DNA from: Eledone cirrhosa | Lineage: Eukaryota | DNA length: 64,000 nt | NCBI GenBank assembly: GCA_964016885.1 | Contig: OZ024750.1 | Location: 1,922,001-1,986,000 of the forward strand | Direction: 5' to 3' | Shown here: positions 53,851-64,000 of the stretch, one piece after another | Layout: every line of letters begins with the position of its first letter | How positions within the stretch are numbered: the first letter of the stretch is position 1 | Notes under the pieces: model-generated | The model's database searches: none | Told to the model about the DNA's origin: nothing | Seen by the model: only the letters and a program-made list of their open reading frames with translations | Position numbers and translations under genes: made by a program

Positions 53851-53998
53851 ATAATAAAATAGGGGTCAGTTCATACCCAAGGTCAATATTTTGACGATTT
53901 TTTTAAGCAGCTTCAAATTCTATGTAAATAAGGTTTGGATTTTTGCCTATTTCTCAGACATAAAATAGTGGGGTCGGCTTATAATTGAGTATATACGG
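53775..53998. mobile_element. Tc2/pogo-type MITE inserted in the Tigger ORF
   Basis: ccatatatactcaaatataagcc ... ggcttataattgagtatatacgg-ta. Confidence 0.75.
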
Positions 53999-56900
53999 TA
54001 ATTGACAGACAAGAGAACCTTGTTCATTGTCATTGATTCTTGGGGCTGCATCAAACCTTCAACAGTGTTTGGGTGTTGGTACAAGGTCTAGTGTGTTGAT
54101 AGCTATGAAAATGAAAAGGAAGAAAACACTGATCAAAATCAAAGGCTAACTACTGAAATCTCTAACATCTGCATAGAACAGAACTGGGATTAACGGACTT
54201 CAGAGAGGATCAGATTATTAGCATTGTCAGGAAAAAAACAATGTGAAAATACAGACAGATGCCATGACTTCAGAAGTGTTGAGATTATCAGCATATTTAT
54301 GGGAAAACAATGGTAAAATACCGAAAAAAAAACCAGCCATGTTATCAGGGATGTTAGGATTAATGCTTGGTTAAACTGTGTCAATAACATCAAACCAGAG
54401 ACACTCAGCAATGATCAGAGTATTAATATAGTCATGAAAGAACAATAGGAAAACAGAGACAGATGCCATGTATCAAAATCAAATACTGATGTCTCCTTCA
54501 GTCCCATTAACCAAGCTATAAATGGCTTACGCCCTTTCATGAAGCAGAATAGGAAGTTGATGCTGTTAAATTGATGTATATTTGTCAATTGTTAGTGATG
54601 GCAAAAACAAAAAGATACAAACACTTCAAGCAACAGGATATTATATTTGAACAATAATAAACCTCCACCTCAATGACTTTTATTTCAAATGAACTTTGTA
54701 TCTTCAGCGAACTTTCTGAACTTCCTGTGCAGACACATAAATACTTTTTTACTCTTTTATGGGTTCCAACCCACTGGCTGAGACCATGCTGGGGCACCGC
54801 CATTCTAAATTTAATCAGAATTTCTTGAAATTTCAGCTCCATATTTTGTGTTATTTAAACAATACTTAACATGAATTTATTTGTAGAATATGAAGTTTTA
54901 AGCAATATCCAAAGTTTTGGACACATTCTATCAATTGAACAATATAAAAACTCTGTAAACATGCTTCTTTTACATAATTATATTCAGTATAACTTCCTTT
55001 AAACAGACTTCCTTTCAACATAGTTATGCAATAAGCTTCCATCTTCCTTCTTAAAGTTTTCTTTTTTTATTTCTTTTTTTTAGGGAAATTTCTTTGAATT
55101 TCTATATTTTAAACATTAGAGATTACAATTCTGAAAAAAAGAAAAAATTTCATTTTTTTTCAAACCTGTCCTCTGTCATTTCAGAGTGTACATTCACTCA
55201 CAACCTTTTCATTTTTTTTTTTTTTTTTTTTTTCTTGTACTTTTTACACAAATTATGTTTTAAACACGGAATTACAATTCTGAAAAAAGAGAAAAAAAAA
55301 AAAAAGATTAGGCTTAATTAAATGGAAAAAGGTGATTGAACAAATTTAATTTGTATATATATATATATATAGAGTTATGTAATAAACAACATAAGGTAAT
55401 TATTAATTTGTATATATATATATATATATGGCTTAATATTTTCATCCACTAATTTAATTCACAATGTATTAGTCAACCTGAGACTATAGTAGAAGATCTT
55501 GCCCAAGGAGTCATGCTATGGGATAGAACCTGAAACCATGTATATATGAAGCAAATCTTTTCACCACTTATAATACAAAATGATATTGTAATAGAATATT
55601 TAATACGGTATAGCTGATATTATATTTAAAACACCTGGTATGATATCTTTATATCATATAAATATAAAATACCAGATGTTTCCTTTTGGGATACTTATTG
55701 AGGTATGTTCTACTTGATGTAATTCTGTAGATTAAAAGATAAGTATGTTCTTATAACTTACTTTCTTAATCATATACTTGGATTCATCCTATTCCACACC
55801 CTACAATAATTTATTTTATAAATATGGGAATTTGTGACTTGCATGCCTTTCCCAAATGATATATTTAAAGAGGTTCTAATTGATAATCGAAGCTGTATTA
55901 CAGATTGTTCTAGAAACTATCTGAAGTCTCTCTCAAGCCTGGAGGCTCATTAGGTTGGTGCTTATCTCAATCTTGTGGTGAGAGTACAAGACAGGATGGC
56001 AGTCCATTGCAGAGTTAAACACCTAGATATTACTGGTGGTACTCATTTTTAGCTGAGTATACTGGAGCACCATGAAAAGAAGTGTTTTGGGTTCAAGAAC
56101 ACAACACACAATAATGACCATCTCTTGGTTTTTATATATCTAGAACATTGTGCAATGTGATCTTTTTTTTTTTTTAAATAGTAGGGTGTGACATGAAGAT
56201 TTTGCTGTTATTTTCAGCAGTTCGAATAACTATACAGCGGCTCCTTCATCCCTTTGTTGTGAATAACTAAGTTGATTTTGTCCATTAGGGTTAAAGATCA
56301 TGGAAAAAAAAAAATGGAAAAAAACAACTGTAATAAAACACCTATGACAGGATATGAACTGGCAACCTTTAGGGCTGGGAGCCTTGGCACCTTATCAACT
56401 CATCCATCTAGGACTTTCTGATGACATAAGAGTTTATAATAAATTAACTGGTATTAAACTGTATGCTACACAGGAAAGACTTAACTGATTGCTGCTGCAG
56501 TAAATGTGACATTTAGGTATCTTATGTGGAAGAGATTAACAAGGGTTGAGAAAATTAGAAATGATATTACAGAAGTTATTTAAATGTTGTTTTAATGACA
56601 TTTACCACACAGGAAATGGTAACAGAGAATATGGAGTAAATCTAGGACAGGAATGATTTGACCATAGTCTGCATTTAACTGACATTAAGGAAAATATATA
56701 GAAATGCTCTCCAGAGACTTAGAAAATATATGAGGATCACTGTTTATACAACATACATGCACATTTCCATACTAGCAGGACTAACCTGGGTTTTAGAAAT
56801 TTGTATATTAGCATTCTGTATGAGAAATAAATATATATATATATATTTATATATGAGTTTCAGAAGATCCCGTTAAGGGTGAAAGCAGTGATTCATTGCT

Positions 56901-57085
56901 TAAACTTTAATCTGTTATTTTAATATATATATATATATAATATAATGAAGGAAGTATGGTAAGGAACCAGGTGGGCCATAACCCACCAAAGTACTCTATA
57001 CTTTGGGTAGTAGAGCAGGTAATAGGACCCCTGGAAACAGCCGTCAAAATGGCTTGAGCTCTGCTGTCGGAGTCCTGACCCTTTT

Positions 57086-57137
<52 letters not shown>

Positions 57138-57364
57138 AATATATTAGTAGGTAGGTGCCTTTCCTACTTCTAATTAACCAGCCATGATGTCATCCAGGAA
57201 ACTTAGGACAGGTAGAATTATCTAGGTTGGCTAAGAGTACAACAGCTATAGTAAGATATGAACTTCTGATTATGTAGTTAGTAGAATTTCTACACTTTAA
57301 CCACATAACCAAAATATCTTTAAATGCATTAAAAAAATAATCTGAATTATAGGAACATCTAGAG

Positions 57365-57626
57365 AAGTGATTCTTAACCTTTTTCTATCATGGCTCTCCC
57401 TGAGATTTTGAAATCCCATCCTGCACTCCTTTTCATGTCAAATTATCAGCTACTTAGCTGCTACTAATTAATTAATTAACTACTATGTTGAAACAAATGG
57501 AAATGAAATACTGAATGGTGAGAAGTAAAACAAAAACAAAGTTGTTTTTCTGGACCTCTCCATGTACCTCCAAGAACTGAATCTTACACCCTTGGGGGTG
57601 CCAGCACCCCAGTTTAAGAACCGCTG
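57365..57626. mobile_element. hAT MITE
   Basis: agtgattcttaac ... tttaagaaccgctg; TSD atctagag/atctcgag (7 of 8). Confidence 0.75.
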
Positions 57627-57839
57627 ATCTCGAGAATAATCAACGTAGTTATGACGATGAATAAACAAATTTAGGCTATACATATTTTGAGAATAAATAA
57701 CTAAAGTGTTCATTTTTTACCTGAGTATTATAAGAAATTATAGATCAGTTTTTTTATGAGACTGTTGCTATTGAAAGATCCACAAATACTTTTTCTTTTA
57801 TATACTCTTTTGTCAGGGAGAGATGATCAGTGGCTAAGA

Positions 57840-57915
57840 TCCTATCCAGTCCAGGAATCGAACCCACAACATTATGATTGTAAGTCCAACACCCTTACCA
57901 CTTTACCCTATGCCC
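57840..57915 (-). mobile_element. tRNA-derived SINE head
   Basis: Minus strand tagggtaaagtggtaagg...ggttcgattcctgg. Confidence 0.6.
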
Positions 57916-58207
57916 TAAATAGAAATCTATTTTTTAAAGAAACCCTGGAGTCTCATATGATTATTAACATACTTCTTTCATATTTTTATTCATTAATCAA
58001 CCGATTCAGTAATTATGCAAGGTGAGTAATATCTAATTAACTGGAAGTTTTAATTATGCTGATCAAATAAATTATTAATTACAAATTCACTAGACTGTTC
58101 AGCTTTGTGTATCTAGGAGTACACAGTAACATGTTTATTAGCTTTTGTTTTATCATTTTACACACAATAGTAAGAGAATGTGAGAAAATAAGTTTCAGTA
58201 TGATATA

Positions 58208-58403
58208 CAAGGGTTGGCTGAAAAGTTCATAAGCTGACCAAGATACTCTCATGGAATGACCAAATGAGGTTTATTTTTCAACATAATCCTCAAGAAAGAA
58301 ACAATACAGTTATTAATAAGAAGAGTTGAAATTAATGCATGTAAGATTTCACAGCTCTAGTATCACTCCTTCATAGTCAGCCTATGAACTTGTCAGCCGA
58401 CAC
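58208..58403 (-). mobile_element. Mariner-type MITE
   Basis: Reverse orientation of 11790-11987. Confidence 0.85.
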
Positions 58404-58479
58404 ATAACATACAATAATAGAAAGACAAATATGTATGAATGTTCATACATATAAAACAAGCATTTAATGGTACAAAACA

Positions 58480-58944
58480 CAAACATTGCTAATTATATCA
58501 TATTTTAATTAACATATGTTTCATCCTTAATATTAAGAGCTCAATATTAGGAATCCTCAGGATTAAATAAGATATAACTACCTGAAACAAAATATTTCGT
58601 CCAAAAATATATCGTATCAGAGCATTTTGTTTACATTTAAAAAAACGTAGCAGCATACTAGGAAATATAATATTCACATGGACCTTCAAACGAATAATTA
58701 TTCTTTTGAGGGACATGTGAATAATTATAGTTGTGATTATCGAGGTAAGTACTATTTCCTAGTATGCTGCTACGTTTTTTTTTTAAAATGTAAACAAAAT
58801 GTTCTGATACGATATATTTTTGGACGAAATATTTTGTTTCAGGTAGTTATATCTTATTTAATTCTGAGGATTCCTAATATTGAGCTCTTAATATTAAGAA
58901 TAAAACATATGTAAATTAAAACATAATATAGTTAGCCGTGTTTG
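58480..58944. repeat. Long fold-back, about 190-bp arms plus an inner hairpin
   Basis: 58480-58667 is near-complementary to 58753-58944; inner palindrome 58670-58724 centred on gaataattattc. Confidence 0.95.
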
Positions 58945-59131
58945 ATTTTAACTTCCAAAGTATTTCTTGCTCTACGTGAATTCATAATCTTTCATATTAC
59001 AATTTCATAACTTTCTATAAAGTTGTATGTAACCTCGTGTACGTTTTATTGTAATAAATCTCGTATTTGTTTAGCTTCGTAACTTCTTCACCTGCAATTA
59101 TGTTTTGTTTTCGCATTTGAAAACGAATGAC

Positions 59132-59192
<61 letters not shown>

Positions 59193-59249
59193 ATGTATGT
59201 ATGTATGTATGTATGTATGTATGTATGTATGTATGTATGTATGTATGTA

Positions 59250-59443
<194 letters not shown>

Positions 59444-59981
59444 ATCTGCATATCAACATATAAAAGCATATATACAAAATAGAAAAACGCCAAAGGTGAC
59501 TTTATTACTTCTGTAAGTGTATAAAGGGTTTCTACTTTCATCAATCACACTAGGTTGCGAAGGTGGCCCATAACATCAAGCTTATCTGAAATAGAAACAG
59601 ATTAAGAGCCATTAATAACTTCAGGATGGATATCACTTTTATTTGATTACAATTAACATTTTAAAGTCACAATATAATATGAAAATGTTGTTGTATGTGG
59701 TCCTAGGTGTATGTATTACCTGCTTGTGCGTTGTATGTGGTCCTGGATGTATGTATTACTTGCTTTATATATATCATGTGTTTGTATTTTCGTTCTGTAA
59801 CTATTATATTATATTTTTTATGCCACTATGAATAAAAGATTTTTCAGCTCAGAGAATAAAAACAAAATGGAAATTTAAGCTCTCAGAGAATATCATACAG
59901 AATGTCTTCCATGCAGTGATTAAATCTTTCATAATAACCCCCAAACATTTCCAATGTATGCTAGATGGTACTTAGACATGT

Positions 59982-60183
59982 ACGAGGGTGAGCTGAAAAG
60001 TTCATAGGCTGACTATGAAGGAATGATGATAGGGCTGTGAAATCGTACATGCATTATTTTCAGTTCTTCTTGTTAACAACTGTATTGTTTCTTTCTGGGG
60101 ACTATATTGGAAAAAAAAAAACCCTCACTTGGTCATGCCATGAGAGTATCTTGGTCAGTCTATGAACTTTTCAGTGCCCCTCA
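59982..60183 (+). mobile_element. Mariner-type MITE
   Basis: ta-cgagggtgagctgaaaagttcataggctgac ... gaacttttcagtgcccctca-ta. Confidence 0.85.
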
Positions 60184-60315
60184 TATTCCATCGTTTTTAT
60201 AAACTAACCAAATTCTTAAATAATTTAAATTTAAATTTAACAAGTTTTCTTTTGCCATGGTTACTGTTTCACATATTTTAAATAATAATTAATAATTCCT
60301 AGTTTTTATATCTCG

Positions 60316-60532
60316 ATTTCTAATTTAGGCACAAGGCCAGCAATTTTGGGGGGAAGGTCAAAGTTGATTAAGTCAACCTCAGTATTTGACTGGTATTTTA
60401 TTTTATTGACTCTGGAAAGGTAAACGGTAAAGTTGACCTCGGCAAGATTTGAACTCAGAATGTAAAGAGCCAAAACAAATACAGCACTGGCATTTTATCC
60501 GACACTCTACCAATTATGTCGATCTACCACCT
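60316..60532 (-). mobile_element. SINE family A
   Basis: Family A reverse complement. Confidence 0.85.
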
Positions 60533-61267
60533 GTTTTATACTAAAAACAAATCTAGAAAAAAAGAGAAACCTGTCGGGTAACAGTAATGTAGACACTGTG
60601 CTCTAAAGCAGACTACAGTAGTCTCCCTTGTTAAACGTTACTAAATACATATTTTGACGTGGTAATACTATCAGTTTTCCCTTTTATCGATCTTAAATTG
60701 AATAAAAAAAGAAACTTTAGGCAAGTATAGACCCAGATCATGTCAAAGTTAGCTATAGTTATCAAAATATTACAAAATAAATGTTATAACATAAGATTAA
60801 TTTACAGTAAAGTGAAGCTATGTTGAGCATAATATTTAGATTAAAATTAAATTTACAATTTGTACCTTTGAGATATACTGCCTAGACTGAGGTGTAGTGT
60901 CTGCTTCACTCCTTCACTTCACCTTCATTATTTAATGTTTCTCTTATTCTTTTTATTGTAAACATTACATAATTTAATTTGAATTTGTTGAATAAAGTTT
61001 ACAAATTTCTCTAAACATTTATCATACTTCAAAAATGAATAAATAGAAGTAATTTATATTATTCCACTCGAAATATGACTCCAGTTTCATCTAATATGAA
61101 TTATAAACAATTGATCTTGATTTATTTTCACATGGGGGTAAAGCTAAATCTTGTTTACTTAAAGAACTGTCTCAGTACATATATGACTGGAACTTAAGGT
61201 ATCACTAAAAAGGTGGAATGTGAAAAGAAAAACAATCTGTGATATTTGAACTAAATATTATAAGATT

Positions 61268-61810
61268 ATTTGCATCACCAGTCTGGAACCCCTATCTTGC
61301 TCAGGACATTGACCGCCTGGAAACTGTTCAGAGACGTGCAACCAAGCGAATACCCTCCATCAGGCATCTACCATACTCTGATCGCCTTGCTTCCCTGGGC
61401 ATGGATTCATTGAAGCTCCGACGCCTGGCAACTGACTTGGTAAACACCCACAAAATTGTTAACCATGTTGCCAACAACAACCCTGAGTGCCTTTTCGATT
61501 TCCATGTGTCTAACACACGTGGACATGCCCACAAAGTAAGAAAACAGCACAGTTCCCATGACTTTCGGAAACATTTTTTCACGCTCAGAGTTGCTGAAGC
61601 ATGGAACAAACTACCTGCATCAGTTGTTAGCTGTTGAGACACTGCATCCTTTAAGGCCTCCATGCTTCCCGAGATCCGCCAACACTACAGCTAACACATA
61701 CACACATGTACTTCCCTGACATTTGTGTATTATTCTATGTACTATATTGACGAGTTGTAGTGCACCTGAGCACTTTACACACTAATTTCATTATTATTAT
61801 TATTATTATT
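61268..61810 (+). mobile_element. CR1-group LINE, 5'-truncated
   Basis: ASPVWNPYLAQDIDRLETVQRRATK...TRGH...FFTLRVAEAWNKLP; 3' UTR and (ATT)n tail. Confidence 0.92.
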
Positions 61811-62184
61811 AAGATACTGAATTAGATAAAATAAAGTATAAAATTTAGTTTACATTTAGTGTAAATAACATTGATTGCTTCTTCAGAGACAAACAGACTT
61901 CTGTAGGAGAATTACTACCAAATTAATTTGATTTAAACCTTTTCATACCAAACCACTTGAAATTCCTGGTTCTATGACAGAAAGCTATTTGCTTTAAAAT
62001 CGATATATTTGTCTAAAACCTTCCATCATAACTTTATGTAAGAACTTTGCTATATTTCAAAAAGCAGATTAATGATGAGAGAATTAGTTATATGGTAATG
62101 AAGGGGTTAATTGACAATACCTCACTCTCACAAAACTAATTTAAGGCCTTGTCAAACAAAATCAAACCCAATACTTGGTACACC

Positions 62185-62303
62185 AGGAAGGATGAAAGGC
62201 AAAGTTGACCTCAGCAGGATTTGAACTCTGTATGTAAAGGGCCATAACTGCATGCTGCAAAGCATAGCATCCAACACTCTACTGATTCTTTCAATCCACA
62301 ACC
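62185..62303 (-). mobile_element. SINE family A, 5' half, CpG-decayed
   Basis: ggatgaaaggcaaagttgacctcagcaggatttgaactc...ccaacactctactgattc. Confidence 0.8.
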
Positions 62304-62521
62304 CTAAACTTAATCATATAATCAAACACTCTGCTGCCACTACCCTGTCCATTAAGATGGCAATGTTTAAGTTAGAAACAGTTAAATTTAAGATTAAAAA
62401 ACATATTTTTAAAATTGTCTGAATTTGCTTTTGAAGTAATCAAAACTAATTTTAATTGAAAATTGTAACAATAATTTGTATTTTAATATTCTTTCAGAAA
62501 AAAACCCCTAAAAATACTGAC

Positions 62522-62653
62522 CACAATGAGGTGTAGTTCGGGTTCGAGTACCTATTATCTGATTGCCGTTCAGGTCGACACACCAACAGACACCTTTATG
62601 GCACTGCCGTTTCTCATAATATCCATCTCTATCACAATGTGGTATAAATGTTG
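62522..62653 (-). CDS. SPOCK: Testican/SPOCK (Cow-like) exon: thyroglobulin type-1 domain
   Basis: ttttttcttctttgtag| 132 bp |gtcagt, phase 1-1; (A)TFIPHCDRDGYYEKRQCHKGVCWCVDLNGNQIIGTRTRTTPHC with QC and CWCV motifs. Confidence 0.93.
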
Positions 62654-63141
62654 CTACAAAGAAGAAAAAATAATATTTCATAGTTTATAATTTCATGTCT
62701 ATATGAACCAAGTTAAGGATATTGTTGCTGTCTTGTTTAGAAATATTCTTACAAATACAGGGAAAATACAGGGAAAATAAAGAGCAAAGCCTTAAAATGT
62801 TAGGAAATTATTATCTTATTTTAAAGCTTTGAAGCAGTTTTAAAATGTTGCTAGTGAAATAATGAAGATTTAAGCTCAGAACTTGTAATAATATTCTCCT
62901 AGTACAAGAGTCAGCATTCTGCAGCTCCGTTCACTAAAACTGTTGCCAACCTCTGTACTAGTACAAAGAGAAAATATTTTCTTTCATCAAATCATTTCAC
63001 TCCTCATCTCTCTTTGATGTCTGTTTTCCCTTCTAGCAAGTGTTGGGCATGTCTTCGAAGGAAACATTTGAATATTTTTAAATATCTGTGGTTCAATAAA
63101 ATAAGAAAAACATTATGGAAAAAGAAAGTTTAATTTTTCAC

Positions 63142-63198
63142 CTGATTTCATAACAGCATCAGATCGAAGTCTTCTCAAGTGGGAATAACATGGTGGAC
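63142..63198 (-). CDS. SPOCK: Testican/SPOCK exon: start of the thyroglobulin type-1 domain
   Basis: ttttcttcccttttag| 57 bp |gtgaaa, phase 1-1; (R)PPCYSHLRRLRSDAVMKS supplies the first Cys (PC) of the domain and joins both neighbours in frame. Confidence 0.88.
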
Positions 63199-63887
63199 CT
63201 AAAAGGGAAGAAAATTGAAATATTTCAGAAATATACATTTTTACGATGACTTACTGTACAAACATCACTCTTTCATAATCAGCCTACCCTCATATACTAA
63301 ACCAGATATACACAGTATTTTATTTTTATCTTTAAAGTAATATTGAAGATTACAAATTGTAAAGAATGAGAATATAATTATTTGATGTTTACACCTCTCT
63401 AAAAGACAATATGATAGGTGAGACGAATTGGTTTCAACTAAAAGTTCAGTTTTAGTCAAATTCAGCTTCCTCTTCAAGGAATTAGCTTCTTCCTTTATAT
63501 CATTCAACTGGTATTAAATTATTATACATTGTAATAGTGAAAAAAAATGGTTCTTCCACATTATCGATTCAAATTCTGCCAGTGTCACTTTTGTGTTTCA
63601 TCTTTCTGGAGTCAAAAAGGTAAGTACCAGTCAAATACTAGGGTCGATTCTGCCTCTATATCTCTTTCTCACCTCTTTTCTCTCACTCTCTTTCCTTCTC
63701 TGGAAGAAATCTGTTGTATTCAGACCTGGAGATGATTCAGCTGACAGGTTTAAAAATGCCCTTGAAACACCTTATGTCAGTACACCACCCCCACAGCGTT
63801 ATGGGGCCGTACATGCATAATTTTAGTACAATTTTTCAAATAAGCTCATTATTTTGAGAAATATTTCTTTATGAAAACAATACTTAC

Positions 63888-64000
63888 GCACAGTAGCAAA
63901 ACAACAGCACCATTCATGCCTGGTCAGTTTGGAATCTTGGTTTCGGTCACAAGAGTCCATAAAAGGTTCCACACAAGGTTCCATTTGGTTGTTCTCAATC
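63888..64000 (-). CDS. SPOCK: Testican/SPOCK exon (cut by the window edge): SPARC-type EF-hand end
   Basis: IENNQMEPCVEPFMDSCDRNQDSKLTRHEWCCCFATV |gtaagt, phase 1. Matches E.C..PF..SCD...D..L...EWC.CF; EC-then-TY order is testican, not SMOC or SPARC. Confidence 0.92.

Larger units (their letters stand above)
52602..54570 (+). mobile_element. Decayed pogo/Tigger DNA transposon with nested insertions
   Basis: TIR-like tatagtgaagccttggttatccaaacaccaacttatccaaac; DDE_1 remnants LTPYSTSLLWLLD/IIAAIKKYY (53615-53700), SWGCIKPSTVFGCWYK (54035-54090) and WLNCVNNIKPETLSNDQ. Confidence 0.7.

Noticed and set aside
63000-63085. Terminal exon after the 57-bp exon (giving ...KSDI*)
   Set aside because: Needs a 56-bp intron and would truncate the thyroglobulin domain that is completed by 62522-62653.
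63265-63507. Extra testican exon (LNDIKEEANSLKRKLNLTKTELLV)
   Set aside because: Phase-0 acceptor is incompatible with the phase-1 neighbours; it resembles the LINE RT segment after YADD and ends in a mariner MITE remnant.

Overview
AT-rich, microsatellite-dense eukaryotic DNA. The repeat families point to an octopod cephalopod (Octopus-like); this is inference from remembered repeat families, not a database result. The only host gene I can support is at the right end, on the minus strand: three phase-compatible GT-AG exons (63888-64000 partial, 63142-63198, 62522-62653) encoding a SPARC-type EF-hand end followed by a thyroglobulin type-1 domain, i.e. a testican/SPOCK (Drosophila Cow-like) proteoglycan. 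The ORF track misses it and its last exon is unresolved. The rest is repeat: >20 copies of a tRNA-derived SINE with long TSDs, mariner-, Tc2-, hAT- and piggyBac-type MITEs, a decayed pogo/Tigger transposon, RTE, CR1, CRE-like and Penelope fragments, and several minisatellites. Most interesting: (1) a 610-bp bipartite non-autonomous RTE derivative (structured 5' leader + C2H2 zinc-finger remnant + RTE 3' end) in two full copies inside (TA)n, with a coding RTE fragment with a matching 3' end in the same window; (2) minimal hammerhead-ribozyme motifs in Penelope-like termini; (3) repeated snap-back hairpins; (4) minisatellites seeded in or beside SINEs, one with a two-state variant code and one with a 7-mer higher-order repeat; (5) CpG decay across about 51-63 kb that may mark the methylated gene body. 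Almost all listed ORFs are translations of simple repeats. No CRISPR array, rRNA or convincing tRNA gene.
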